Assembly (NCBI RefSeq): GCF_004010195.1
Contig: NW_025214993.1
Span: 1-49,914 of the forward strand
Origin: Chiloscyllium plagiosum
Taxonomy: Eukaryota
Reading direction: 5' to 3'
Length of the DNA: 49,914 bases
Shown piece after piece: positions 23,433 to 36,683 of this stretch (position 1 is the stretch's first letter; every line of letters begins with the position of its first letter). The notes beneath the pieces are model-generated. The model made no database searches and had not been told where the DNA came from. It saw only the letters and a list, made by a program, of their open reading frames with translations. The position numbers were made by a program, and so were the translations under genes.

Positions 23433-24099
23433 CATGAATCACATAAAATTAACTTGAAGATGTAGCAAGTGATTTGGAAGATAAATGTCGTGATTCTGTT
23501 TCGTGCAAGGGGTGTTGGGTATTATATTAGCGATGTTTTCTGCATCAGTACAGGGCATTGCTGAGATTACATCTGTTGTATTATTTGTAGTTATAACTGC
23601 CTAAACTGAAAAAAAAAAATTGCTTTCGAAACATCTCAAAGATGTTTCTCTTTACGCATTCTTGGGATGAAAGCATTACGAGAATTAACAGTTCGGCCTG
23701 AGAATGAGGGATGTTTTATTGACCATATAAGATCTTGAGAAGAGAATAGTTGCTGAATAACGGATGGATATTTCTTCTTGTGTGGGAGAATAAAACTGGT
23801 ACTTTAAGAATAAGTCAGGTTCAAAGGAAAGGTCATTGGACCGAAAAATTGAACTCTGAATTCTGTTCCTACTTGCTGACAGAGAAGCTGAGCTTTTCCA
23901 GCAATTACTGTATATATTTAAGAATATTCATTTAACACAGATATTGAGAAGACATGAAACACTTATTTTTACATTATGCAAACAAATATTAACACATCTT
24001 CAAAACAAGTAGGACCATTCATTGTTAATGAATTGATTCTGCAATAACTCACTGACCTGGAGTCGAGAATGTGATGGAGTCATATAGTTCAGTTAAAGA

Positions 24100-26648
24100 A
24101 GAGCTCACCGAGTCCAGTGTGGGACTGATAACGTTACTGATTTAACTTACAAATGGAAAATGTAGCCTATCTGTGGAGAAACATTCTATTGCTCCCTTTC
24201 TGTTTCCCTATCGCTCATCACAGCAATGTGTCGGAGTGAAAAAAAGCCCAGTCGTCTTTCCCACTAATGGAGGATTCCTGATGAGGATTCATTGGAATCT
24301 CCCCATTGCCTGAAGCAAAACAATTCAGCCAAATTCAACTGTTGCATGAAGAAATCCCATTGCCAGAAGGCTGTGCAAGCAGAATAACAACAGAAGTAAA
24401 TATCCGACTCGATAGTGAGGGGAACAGACAGGAGATTCTGTGGCTGCAAATGGGAATCTGGAATGATGTGTAGCCTCCCACATGCCCAGGGCCCAGGATG
24501 TCTCAGAGCTGCTGCAAAACGTTCTCACTGGGGGTTGGGGTGGGGGGGAGTGGGCGGGAAGCAGCCAGAAGTCATTGTGCACATTGGTACAAAGGACAGA
24601 GTGACACAGGTAGAAATAGTGATGACATCCTGCAGAGTGATTGTAGAGAGCTAGGGAAAAGGATAAAAGACAGTGGTAATATCCAGTTTACTTCCAGTTC
24701 TCCGTGCTCGTCAGGGTTAGAATAGGAGGATATGGCAGATGAAGGGGTGGTTAAAGAATTGGTGCAGGCGGCAGAGATTTTCGGATTACTGGGATCTTTT
24801 GTGGGGAAAGGTGACGTGTTCAGGAAGGACGGGTTGTACCTGAACTGGAAGGGGACCAGTATGCTGGCAGGCAGGTTTGCAACTGCTGCAAGGGAGGGTT
24901 TCAACTAGATTGGCTGGGGTTGGGGAGGGGTAGGATCCTCAACAGCAGGGAGGCAAGTGCGAGGCTGGAAGGAGATACAGTAATCAGAAACAGTAAAGTG
25001 AAGAGACAGGTCAGGCTAGATAACGACAGGGAGCAAGGAATGCCTGTTGGATTAAATTGCAACTGTTTCAATGCAAGATGGCTGACAGGTAAGGTCGATG
25101 AACTCAGGGCATATATTGGTGCGTGGTACTGGGATATTTTCGCCATTACTGAAACATGGCTAAGGGAGGGACAGGACTGGCAGATTAATGTACCAGGGTA
25201 CAGGTATTTTATGTGGGACAGAGATGGTGGAAAGAGAGAATGGGGAGTTTCATTTTTGATTAAAGCGAGTATCACAGCAGTAAACGGAGATAAAATAACT
25301 GATGGATCATCCTGCGAGGATTTGCCTGGGGAGCTAATAAATAAGAAGAGAATGGTGATAGGGTTTGGATTGTACTATAGGCCCCCAAATAATAAACAAG
25401 GAATTAGGGGAACAAAAATATGTAGACAGACTGGGGAGACTTGCAGGGCCAATAGGATTGCATTAGTGGGAGATTTTAATTTTCCTAACATAGACTGTGA
25501 ATGACATAGAATTAAGGACTGAGATGGGGTGTATTTATTAAGTGTGTTCAGAATAGATTCCTTAAGCAGTAAGTAGAGGGTGCAACTCGGGAAGGGACGA
25601 AACTTGACCTACTCTAAGATCTAGGGCAGAGCAGGTGACGGAGGTGACAGCGGGGGAGCACTCTGGGACCCGTGAACATAGTTCTATTAATTTTTAAATA
25701 GTTACGGAGAAGGACAAAACTGCTCCACATGTTCAAGTTCGAAACTGGGGCAAGGCGAATTTTGATGGAATTAGACAGGAGCTTGTAGGGGTTGGTTGGA
25801 GGAGTTTGTTTGCAGGCGAAGGGACCTCCTGCAAGTGGGAGGACTTTAAAAGTGAAATGTCTACAGTTCAAGGTCTATATGTTACTGTGAGGGTAAAAGA
25901 CAAGGTTGGTAGGAAGAGGGAACCTTGGATGTCAGGAGATATTGAGGGTTTGACCAGCAAAAAGGAGGCGTGGCTCAGGTCCAGGCAGCTGGGACCGACG
26001 GAATTCCTGGAGGTGTACAGGGGATACAGGAGCTTACTGAAGAAGGAAATCAGGAGGGTGAAAAGGGGGCACAAGATAGCTTTGACTGAGAAGATTAGAG
26101 TGAATGCAAAGAGGCTCTATAAGTATATTAAAGTAAACAGAATAACTAAATGAGAATATGACCCCTCAAGGTCCAAAGTGGACATGCATGTCGAAAACCA
26201 TCAGAGATTTGTGAGATTCTCCATGAATATTTCTCCTCTGCCTTTACCGTGGAGAAAATCATGAAGACTTTGGAGGTTAACAAAGGTAATAATGTTGTCT
26301 TGGGGTGAGTCAATATCACAGGAGAAGACGTGTTAGATGCATTAGAATGCATGAAGGTGGATAAATCTCCTGGTCCTAAACAGATGCATCCAAGAACACT
26401 GCAAGAGGTGACAGAAGAAACTACGGGGACCCTGGTTGATATTTTTGCATCAGTGTTAGCTATAGTTTAAGTTCCAGAATATTGGAGATTAGCAAATGTT
26501 GTGCCATTGTTCAAGAAGGGAAGCAAAGAAAAATCTGGGATCGATAGACCAGGAAGTCGAACATCTGTGGAACGAAGGTTACTTGAGAAGACTCTGAGGG
26601 ATGAGATGTACATGCAATTGGAAAGATAAGGTTTGATTAGAAATAGTC
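24100..26648 (+). mobile_element. Long CR1 LINE 5' portion: ORF1 SGNH esterase, ORF2 APE endonuclease and RT start (frameshifted)
   Basis: DSIVRGTDRRFCG...QPEVIVHIGT and KDGLYLN (esterase); FNAR...DIFAITETWL...GLYYRPPN...LVGDFNFPNID (EN); KSPGP and WRLANVVPLFKKG (RT). Confidence 0.92.
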
Positions 26649-26651
26649 TTT

Positions 26652-26966
26652 TTGACAGATTCCCTACAGTATGGGATCAGGCCATTTGACCCAACAAGAC
26701 CAGACCGACCCTCCAAACTAACCCACCCAGTCCCATTCTCCTACTCTATATTTACCGCTGACGAATGCACATAACACTATGGGTAACTTAGCATGGCAAA
26801 TTCACCTGACCTATACATCTTTGGATTGTGGAAGGAAAGTGGAGCACCCAGAGGAAACCCACACAAACACAGTGACAATGTGCAAACTTCACACAGAGAG
26901 TCACCCGAAGCTGGAACCAAACCCGGATCCATGGCACTATGAGGCAGCAGTACTAGCCACTGAGCG
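26652..26966 (-). mobile_element. HE1-like SINE
   Basis: GATTCCCTACAGTATGG...TTAGCATGGCAAATTCACCTGACCT...TGAGGCAGCAGTACTAGCCACTGAGC. Confidence 0.85.
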
Positions 26967-27065
26967 AGAGAAGGATTGGGTATGTAGATACTGTCAGCTT
27001 TTTGGGGCCAACCAAGTGATTCTCACCACACCTCTCCATGGGGATTCAAAATGCAGTTTTTCTCT

Positions 27066-27169
27066 GAGGAGAAAGTGAGGACTGCAGATGCTGGAGATCA
27101 GAGTTGAAAATATGTTGCTGGAAAAGCGCAGCAGGTCAGGCAGCATCAAAGGAGCAGGAGAAACGACGT
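27066..27169 (-). mobile_element. Penelope-derived element of the same family as 7781-7908; hammerhead core falls into the gap
   Basis: GGAGAAAGTGAGGACTGCAGATGCTGGAGATCA...GCAGGTCAGGCAGCATC...CGACGT followed by Ns. Confidence 0.85.
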
Positions 27170-27938
27170 NNNNNNNNNNNNNNNNNNNNNNNNNNNNNNN
27201 NNNNNNNNNNNNNNNNNNNNNNNNNNNNNNNNNNNNNNNNNNNNNNNNNNNNNNNNNNNNNNNNNNNNNNNNNNNNNNNNNNNNNNNNNNNNNNNNNNNN
27301 NNNNNNNNNNNNNNNNNNNNNNNNNNNNNNNNNNNNNNNNNNNNNNNNNNNNNNNNNNNNNNNNNNNNNNNNNNNNNNNNNNNNNNNNNNNNNNNNNNNN
27401 NNNNNNNNNNNNNNNNNNNNNNNNNNNNNNNNNNNNNNNNNNNNNNNNNNNNNNNNNNNNNNNNNNNNNNNNNNNNNNNNNNNNNNNNNNNNNNNNNNNN
27501 NNNNNNNNNNNNNNNNNNNNNNNNNNNNNNNNNNNNNNNNNNNNNNNNNNNNNNNNNNNNNNNNNNNNNNNNNNNNNNNNNNNNNNNNNNNNNNNNNNNN
27601 NNNNNNNNNNNNNNNNNNNNNNNNNNNNNNNNNNNNNNNNNNNNNNNNNNNNNNNNNNNNNNNNNNNNNNNNNNNNNNNNNNNNNNNNNNNNNNNNNNNN
27701 NNNNNNNNNNNNNNNNNNNNNNNNNNNNNNNNNNNNNNNNNNNNNNNNNNNNNNNNNNNNNNNNNNNNNNNNNNNNNNNNNNNNNNNNNNNNNNNNNNNN
27801 NNNNNNNNNNNNNNNNNNNNNNNNNNNNNNNNNNNNNNNNNNNNNNNNNNNNNNNNNNNNNNNNNNNNNNNNNNNNNNNNNNNNNNNNNNNNNNNNNNNN
27901 NNNNNNNNNNNNNNNNNNNNNNNNNNNNNNNNNNNNNN

Positions 27939-28960
27939 ATGCGCTGCCTGTGGGAGTGGTGGAGTCAGAATCTTTGGTGACCTTTAAGCGGCAATTGGAT
28001 AGGTACATGGATGGGTGCTTAAGCTAGGACAAATGTTCGGCACAACATCGTGGGCCGAAGGGCCTGTTCTGTGCTGTATTGTTCTCTGTTCTATGAAACT
28101 TGAAGATGACACTAAAATAGGTGGTATCGTGGACAATGAGGAAGTATGTCAGAAATTGCAGCAGGCCCTTGATCAAACTGGAGAAGTGGGCCGAGGAATA
28201 TTTTGGCAACGTTAGATCAAGGTAGGAGTTTCATGGTGATTGATAGGACCTTAAGGAGCGGAGGGACCATGGAGTTTAGGTCCACGAACTCTGAAAGTGG
28301 GATCATAGTTAGACATGGCAATGAAGGCTTTTGCCACACGGGCATGCATCGGTCAGGGCATGGAGGAGAGTAGTTGGGAAGTTATGTTGCCGTTATAGAA
28401 GAAGTTGGTGGGGCTGCACTTGTAGTGCTGTGTTCAGTTTTAGTCACATTGCGATGGAAGGATGTTTTTACTTTGGAATGTGTGCAGATGGAATTTACAA
28501 AAATGTTGCCAGGACTCAACAATATGAATTATAGGGAGAGGTTGGACAAGCGAGGACTTTTTTCTTTTGAGAAAAGGAGACTGAGAGGGATCTGAAAGAA
28601 GTTTACATGGACAGGGTGAATGGATCCAGCCTTTTTTTCCTAGAGTTGGGGAATCGAGGAGGAGAGGGCATCAGTTTAAGGTGAGAGGGGAATGAATAAA
28701 AGGGAAACTGATGGAATCTGTTTTACACAGAGAGTGGTACACAAAGGGAATGAGCTGCGAACGGAAGGGGTTGAAGCATTTGTATGAACGATATTTAAAC
28801 GGCATTTGGGCAAGTACATGGACAGGAAAGGACGAGAATGCTATGGGCCAAGTGCTGGGAAATGAGGTTAGTGTGGTTGGATATTTGGGTCAGCATGGAC
28901 GAGTTTGGGCCAAAGGGCCTCTCTGCCTCTCTCCATGCTGCAGGACTTGATGACTCTATA
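27939..28960 (+). mobile_element. Two CR1 LINE 3' fragments
   Basis: A young 3' end to ~28095 (TFKRQLDRYM, GGGCCGAAGGGCCTGTTCTG), then DDTKIGG...RERLDKRGLFSFEKRRLRG to the tail at ~28960. Confidence 0.85.
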
Positions 28961-29086
28961 AATATAACAGAATTTGAGTCAAACTGCCATTTTTCCTTTG
29001 GTCATGAGTTTGAATCATATTTGGACAATGTTCTTTCAAGTTAAATTTGCAGATATTTTGCTTTTCAGTTTGTTATCGACAATACG

Positions 29087-29114
29087 TGTGTGTGTCCGTG
29101 CGTGTGTGTGTGCA

Positions 29115-29146
<32 letters not shown>
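29087..29146. repeat. (TG)n microsatellite
   Basis: Direct observation. Confidence 0.95.
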
Positions 29147-29147
<1 letters not shown>

Positions 29148-29169
29148 TCATTGGCCATATCACCAACAT

Positions 29170-30760
29170 AGTTATAATGATATTTTGTGGTCAGTATCAG
29201 CCAACGTTAGTGTCGAGGAGTTCGTTGGAGGGGAGTCTGAGGGATAGGATTTAGATCTATTTAGAAAGACAAGAACTGATTAGGGATAATCAATATGGAT
29301 TTGTGTGATGGAAATCATGTCTAATTAATGTGATTGAGTATTATGAAGAGGTGACAAAGAAGACTGAAGAAGACACTGTGGTATATATTGTTTACACACA
29401 CTTCAGCAAGGCATTTAATAAGGTTCCCCATCGTAGACAGATTACTAAAACTAGGTTATATGTAATCTAGGAAAAACTAACCAATTGGATACAAAATTTG
29501 ATTGAAGGTAATGGATTGTTTTCCAGACTGAAGGTCTGTGGCCAGCGGCGTGCTGAAAGAATCAGTGCTGAGCTCATTGCTTTTCATCACGGATATAAAC
29601 AACTTTGAAGTGATTATCGGAGGCATGGTCAGTACGTTTACAGATAACATCACCAAAGTGGTGCAGTGGACAGGAAAGAATATTATCTCAGAATACAACG
29701 GGATCCTTGACCATCAATGAGCCAATGACTGGCAGATGGAGTTTAATTTAGATATTTGTGAGGTTTTGCATTTTGGTAAGTTAAAGCAGGGTAGTGCCCT
29801 GGGGAGTGTTGCTGAACAGAGACCTACGGGTGAAGATTCATAGTTCCTTGTAAGTGGAGTTTATGTCGGTAGGGTGGTGAGGAACGCAGTTGGCATGCTT
29901 GCCTTAATCGGTCAGAGCATTGAGTATAGGAGTCGGGGTAGCGTGTTGCGCTTGTACAGGGCGTAGGTGAGGCCACTTTAAGAATACTGCGTACATGTCA
30001 GTTGAGACTGCTAAAGGATGGATGTTGTTAAGCTTGAAAGGGTGCAGAAAAGATTTACAAGGATTTTCTGGAACCTGAGGGTTTGAGCTACAGGGAGATG
30101 ATGAGCAGGTTGAGGCTTTTTCCTCTGGCTTGCCAGAGGCTGAATGGTGACATGACAGTGGTTTAATAAAGTCCTGAGGGGCATGGATAGTATGAATGGG
30201 CAAGATCTTTTTTCCAGTGTAGGGGCGTCCAGAACTAGACGGCATAGTGTGAAGGTGACTTAGAAGGGACCTGAGGGGAAACTTTTTCACACAGAGGCTC
30301 TAAGGTGTACTGTCAGAGGAAGTGCTGAAAGCGGATACAATTACACGTTTAAAATGTAACTGGATAGGTACATAAATAGGAATTGTTAAGAGGGATGTGG
30401 GCCAAAAGCTGACAAGTTGGACGAGATCTGATTAAGATGCCTGATTGGCGTGGACAATTTGGACAATAGGATCTGTTTCCACGCAGTATGATTCTCTTAT
30501 TCTCATAAGGGGATGAGGAAAAATTCTAAAAGGGCCATTCGAATGGGAATTATCTTCCCCAGAAGTTTGTGGTGCCTCTCTGATTACAAGTATTCACAGC
30601 TGTGTTAGTTAAAGATTTGGCAGAGAGGTGTGTCACGGATAATGGGACACAGGTAGGAAATGAGTCTGAGACCACAATCTGATCAGCCACAATCTTAATG
30701 CCCGGTGGAGAAGGCTCAAATTCTCTAATGACACACTCCTGCTCCTCAGTCCCATGTTTC
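29170..30760 (+). mobile_element. CR1 LINE RT and 3' ends
   Basis: NQYGFV...FSKAFNKVPH..., LERVQKRFTR, 3'UTR; a second 3'UTR type (GATCAGCCAC) at ~30505-30760. Confidence 0.82.
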
Positions 30761-31130
30761 TGCATTCCATTCAACCCCTCAAACCTGCTTGCAATGGCTG
30801 CCCCTCTTTGTAACTTGTGCTTAATTTGTTGATCATGTTGTAGACCCAGATTCACTGTGAATACAGCCCCCAAAACTCACCCAGCGACGGCTCACAAAAT
30901 CCGCTGGTCTCACTGATTGCAACATTCCGTAAAAGACCTTCCAGGAAAATAACACCAACTAACTTTCCAATAACAGAATGGGAGAAAATCAGAAACAGGA
31001 GCAGGTCATTCACATCCTAAGCCTGCCTTGCCCTTCACTAAGATCAATCTGACATGCTCCAAGTCTCAAATCTTCCTCAATGTCCAAGTCTTCGTGAGCA
31101 CGTCCATAGAACACAGAACAAAGAGCAGTC

Positions 31131-31580
31131 CTGATTTGAAGATGCTGGTGTTGGAATGGGGTGTACAAAGTAAAAAATCACACAACACTAGTTAATTGTC
31201 CAACAGGTTTCATTGGAAGCACACTAGCTTTCGCAGCGTCGCCCCTTCATCAGGTGATAGTGGAGGGCTCAATCCTAACACAGAATTGATAGCACAAATT
31301 TGCAGTGTGATGTAACTGAAATTATACATTGAAAATTTGATTGTTAAGCCTTTCATCTGTTAGAATACCATGATAGTTTCACTTCTTTCATATGTAAATC
31401 ACAAAACCTTTTTTTTAAAGTTGCATTCTCAGGTTAACTGTTAACAATGGTGATAGCTAGACAATATGGTGACGGTGTTGCCTCCCTGTGTTCTCTCTCT
31501 ATGCCATGATGTTTAGATTGATTCTCATCTAAAAATGTGAGATAACGTGGTTTTACATGAATTCATGCAGTTTTTGAGCT
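31131..31580 (-). mobile_element. Penelope-derived element inserted into a CR1 3' end (CR1 minus, 31105-32010)
   Basis: Same family as 13556-13717 (AAACCTGTTGGAC...GTGTTGTGTGATTTTT on minus), with extra upstream sequence. Confidence 0.75.
31222..31256 (-). ncRNA. Minimal type-I hammerhead ribozyme core
   Basis: Minus: CAC-CTGATGA-A-GGGGC-GAC-GCTGC-GAAA-GCTA-GTG. Stem I CAC/GTG, intact CUGAUGA and GAAA, palindromic AGCU stem III, CUA triplet, one stem II mismatch. Confidence 0.72.
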
Positions 31581-32182
31581 CACAGTGCTACACGAATGCA
31601 TGCAGTTTGGACCTTCATCACTCTACGTTGTGCCATTTATCCTACTCTAAGGTCAGACTAACCTACATGCTTCCATTTACTTTGTTCCATGTGCCTATCC
31701 AAGAGTCTCTTAAGTTTCCCTCACGTATTTGACTCTCCTACCACTGCTGGCAGTGCATTCGACTCACCCACCACTCACTGTGCAAAGAATCTACTGTTGA
31801 TATCTCCCCTAAACCTTCCTCCAATTGCCTTAAAATTATGCCACCTAATCATAGATATTTCTGCCCTGAGAAAATGCTTCTGGCTATTCACTCTCTCTAT
31901 GCCTCTCATTATCTTGTACACCTCCAGTGAGAAAAGCCCTCGCTCCCTCATAGTTTCCTCATAAGACCTGCCCTCCAGTTCAGGCAACATCCTGGAAAAT
32001 CTCCTCCTGGTAAATCGCACTTAATTAGAATTAATTACGACCTCTACACTTTTTGGAGTCATTCATTGCACAAGGGAAGATGATTATCATTGGTGGGCAT
32101 CAATCATCTCAGCCGTGGGACACATCTGCAGGAGATACTCAGCGTATCTTCCTCAACCCAGGCATCTCCAGTTTGTCAGCAC

Positions 32183-32547
32183 ATAATCCCTACAGTGTGG
32201 AAGGAGGCTATTCAGCGAATTGAGTCCAAACTGAGCAGATTAGATTCCCTACAGTGTGGATACAGGCACTGCGGCCCAACCAGTCCACAACGACCCTCCG
32301 ATGAGTAACCCACCCAGACACATTTCCCTCTGACTAATGCACCTAACATAATGGACAATTTAGCATGTCCAATTCACCTGGCCTGAACATCTTCGGACTG
32401 TGGGAGGAAACCGGAGCACACGGAGGAACCTCATGCAGACAAGTGGGGAATGTGCAAACTCCACACAGACAGTTGCCCAAGGCTGGAATCGAACCTGGGA
32501 CTCTGGTGCTGTGAAGCAACAGTGTAAGCTACTGAGCCACCGTGCCA
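32183..32547 (-). mobile_element. HE1-like SINE plus a second SINE 3' tail, inserted in an older LINE RT fragment (32050-32740)
   Basis: TCCCTACAGTGTGGA occurs twice; SINE body extends to ACTGAGCCACCGTGCC; flanks resemble the GVPQG and QQDLDNIQ regions of an RT. Confidence 0.85.
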
Positions 32548-33299
32548 GCAGAAAAGGGGGCATTCACTGAAATTTACAAAATTTCCAGCTCATCAAGCAC
32601 TTAAAGTCCCTCTTCAGCTCTTGAAGCAGTCTGTGACCATGTACAGCAAGACCTGGACAACATTCAAGACCGTGCTGTTAAAGTCTGGGTAACATTTATG
32701 TAACAGCACAGTACATTTCCACAGTAAAAGGAGGAGTTCANNNNNNNNNNNNNNNNNNNNNNNNNNNNNNNNNNNNNNNNNNNNNNNNNNNNNNNNNNNN
32801 NNNNNNNNNNNNNNNNNNNNNNNNNNNNNNNNNNNNNNNNNNNNNNNNNNNNNNNNNNNNNNNNNNNNNNNNNNNNNNNNNNNNNNNTGTGTTACTTTAA
32901 CATGGTTTTCTGCAGTCGGAATGAAGCCAACATTTTTTTAGCCATTCTCCAAGTTATCTTCCATCTCCAAGAAGGCAGCCCCGTGGTCTCTGTGGAGGTC
33001 AGGAGCCGTTGGGAAATAACTAGCTGTTTTAGAATGATGGTATTTTGGCTGCTGAAAGGATTGTGTACAAAGTGACACTCAATGCAGTGTCACACAGTAT
33101 CTGTGCATAAAGTGTTCAGAGTTCATTCAGAGCCTGCACCTCGCTGTCAATCGACGTGAGGGTTCTTCAGATGCATGTAAACTGTCGTGAATCAAACATC
33201 CAATGAAAAGAATGACATTGTCACCCCATTCAGCTGTTTGGGACATAATGAATTTCTGTCCATACCCATCAAGCTTCAATTTCTTATTCTCTCACAGCG

Positions 33300-34400
33300 C
33301 TCCAGCTTAAACACATAATTACTGCACTCTCTCCTCATGGTAACATCATGCCAGTGTTTAGTCTGGTCAAACTACTTTGCACTCTTTCAGTGACAAAAAC
33401 ATCATTGATTATAAAGCGGACCAAACCTTTACACAGTGCACCAACTACTCTCTCAACAAAACACGATCAGTGGGAAAGATATTCTAACTTTTGTACTTCA
33501 ATCATTTTGCATGAAGAGCCACATATCATTTACTTCCTGCCCCTGTATGAATTCTGTCAGTGACTTATGACCAAGGACATCCAGGTCCTTTTCAACAAAA
33601 GCACCGGACAAGCTCTCTACCATTTAATAAATATAAATGTACATGATGATATTTGTTGTTCACATCTGAATCATGTTTTTACCTTGTGAACAGCTATTGC
33701 CCAAACGCTGATCCTGCTGCCACCCATCAATCCTTCAATCCAGTGAAAATCAGTATTCTTCTCATATTCCCCATTTCTCAATTTTTAATCCATGTGGTAT
33801 ATATTCCACCCCTACCTACCCATGGACTCTAACATTCCCCATTCACCTGTATTCAAACATGTCAAGCGTCTTCTAAAAATACAAATACTCCACTCCCATT
33901 GGTTCTCAACTGTCTAAGTCACAATGGATAGTCTCAACAACAAGGTTTATCAAAGATCATTTCCCTTTCCTGAATCTAGGCTGAATGTACCAAATCATAT
34001 CATTGTTCTCCAAGAGTCTAGTTGTCACGTTGCAGTTAAAATGTTCCAATTTTTTTTCTCTCACAGCTGACATCAAGTTATTTAGTTTTCTGTTTCCCTC
34101 TCCATCCTGTTTTAAATATTTAGGTTGAAAATAGTTGTTTTCAGTCTGCAGGATCCTTTCAGAATCTAACTAGCTTTGAAGAATAATCAGTAATTCTTTC
34201 ACTCGCTCTGTTCTCATTTCAATCATTCTGTGATGTAGCTCATCAGATGCAGCAATTTATGAAACTTCAATTCAATTAGATTTTCAATAACGTACTCTTC
34301 ATTACTTCTGATTTCTGCAGTTTCCAATTTTTACCAGTCATTCTGTTCGCTAATATTTCTGGAAATTATTTTCTGTACCTTCCCCTGTGGAGATGGAACC
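33300..34400 (-). mobile_element. Highly decayed CR1-clade LINE
   Basis: Patchy matches such as GACATCCAGGTCCTTTT and GATCATTTCCCTTTCCTGAATC. Confidence 0.5.
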
Positions 34401-35384
34401 AATACATTCCTCTCAGCAGGTAGATGGTTTCAGTCAACTCGTGAATACGTTGGAGTACTGCACTTCAGAGATGGTGGATATATTACCCACTGCTGCCTGC
34501 AAAGTTCCAGCATCCATCCAGTTTAATTCATCGTGAGTGTCAGCGCAGTCCTGTCCCTGGTGTGAGACCACAGGTTATAATGAAGGAGAGGATACAGCTC
34601 AGTGACCACCTCAATTTTGAGACAAGCTGGTTTTACACTTTACACCTGAATGGGTGCAGCTTGGACAAATGTTCCTGGAAATCCCAGAGAGGAAACTATA
34701 GTGTCTCGCTCCTCCCTTCTGTGTCGTCTCAGATCCATTTGTTTATCATGGACCCAGACACACTGTAAATGCAGTATTCAGAGGGGGGTCCCCAGAACCT
34801 CGGGGCTCACTGAATGAAACCAGTAGCTGACATCACAATCCTGAGAACACCATCCACAGAGCCTCCACTGACTTTCCAGATGACTTCTAATTCCCCACAC
34901 CTACAGTGCATCCATTCAGTATTGAAAATGCCTCTGTCTCCTCAGTTTATCTTCCTGGCTGAGACAGCTCTTACATCTCCACACAGTCGCACAGTAACAG
35001 TCCCTCTCTCCACAGAAGCAGTTCACAATGGAACATTACATTTCTCTATATCTCAACTCTGAGATATAGTATTGCTGATGGAGTTGGTCATCACACTCAG
35101 AGACGAGAGATAGAGAGAACATAACTCACGGTAAGCAGGGGCATCCCATAATAAATATGATATTCAGGAATATATGGAAAAAGGAAATGGTAGAATAACT
35201 TCCCATTCTGTTTTCCTTCCTGTCCATAATCAGCAATCCTTTTGCTTGCTTTTCCTCTCTCTCTCTCCCTCCATCTCTCTCTCTTTCTCTCTCACTCTCT
35301 TGCAGGACATCATCCACTCAACACAAACCGCCCGCTCACCCTTCCTACCATCCCTGATATAATAATATTATTTCTCAGCTTCAT

Positions 35385-35520
35385 TCAGTTTTGATAGGTT
35401 CACTGAACTCGAAACGTTATTTGTGTTTTTTTTTTCCGACAGACTGCCATACCTGCCGAGATTCTCCAACATTCTTTCAGACGGTGAAGAATTTTATTTC
35501 AGATCGCCAGCATTCACATT
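35385..35520 (+). mobile_element. Penelope terminal-repeat remnant with a degenerate hammerhead
   Basis: CAGTT-TTGATA-GGTTCA-C-TGAACTC-GAAACGTT...CTGCCATACCTGCCGAGATTCTCCAACATT. Confidence 0.6.
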
Positions 35521-36683
35521 TCCTTGTTGTTGTTGTTTCGCGGGATGCCAGCATCACTGGCAAGGGCAGTATTTGTTGCCCATCCTAACTGCCCTTGACC
35601 ACTCAGCCATTTGTCAAGGCAATACGGAGGCAACCATTTGGTGTGGATCTGAGGTGATACCTAGTTCAGTCAGGGCAGACATGTTAGGTTTCTTTATCAA
35701 AGGTTATCAATAACATAAGAAAATNNNNNNNNNNNNNNNNNNNNNNNNNNNNNNNNNNNNNNNNNNNNNNNNNNNNNNNNNNNNNNNNNNNNNNNNNNNN
35801 NNNNNNNNNNNNNNNNNNNNNNNNNNNNNNNNNNNNNNNNNNNNNNNNNNNNNNNNNNNNNNNNNNNNNNNNNNNNNNNNNNNNNNNNNNNNNNNNNNNN
35901 NNNNNNNNNNNNNNNNNNNNNNNNNNNNNNNNNNNNNNNNNNNNNNNNNNNNNNNNNNNNNNNNNNNNNNNNNNNNNNNNNNNNNNNNNNNNNNNNNNNN
36001 NNNNNNNNNNNNNNNNNNNNNNNNNNNNNNNNNNNNNNNNNNNNNNNNNNNNNNNNNNNNNNNNNNNNNNNNNNNNNNNNNNNNNNNNNNNNNNNNNNNN
36101 NNNNNNNNNNNNNNNNNNNNNNNNNNNNNNNNNNNNNNNNNNNNNNNNNNNNNNNNNNNNNNNNNNNNNNNNNNNNNNNNNNNNNNNNNNNNNNNNNNNN
36201 NNNNNNNNNNNNNNNNNNNNNNNNNNNNNNNNNNNNNNNNNNNNNNNCCTCTGAATTGCAGTCAGTGACATTATTACTCTGTTTAAGAGTCCCTGTTGTG
36301 AAGTAACTGTAGAGACAAGGATAAGTTTGTGGTCAAACTATTTGTGACTGGAAGAGAGGTCAGAAGAGAACTGGAGACATAAAATCTGTCGATAACGAAG
36401 GGGTAGATGATGGCGAAGTCAGCAACAGAACTCAGGCAGAGCTGGAGATTGGGGATATTATGAAGGTGGGCGTCGGCAGGTTTGATGACAGTTCTCGGTA
36501 AAAAGGGACTCAAGGTTCCGAAGAGTCTTGTTCCTTCTCAAATGTTTATGAGTAAGTAGTTTGGAAATGCATGAGAATAAAGTGGCGTTTGTGACTGAAA
36601 GTTTATGTTTTTTGTTAAATATAGTCAACCAGAATAGCAATAACATTCAGCATCATTTATAGAATTGACAGAGATAGACTTAC

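Larger units (their letters stand above)
22700..23810 (+). mobile_element. Degenerate CR1 RT fragment hosting a minisatellite and a tandem duplication
   Basis: Order of remnants follows CR1 RT: GTAACGAGTGGAATTCTTCTGGGATCTGTG (SGVPQGSV-like), GTTACAGATGGATTTGGGTGTCTTAGTACATGAATCAC (QRDLGVLVHES-like), then the C-terminus. Confidence 0.7.

Noticed and set aside
33072..33093. Hairpin GTGACACT-CAATGC-AGTGTCAC
   Set aside because: An 8-bp stem is expected by chance in 50 kb.
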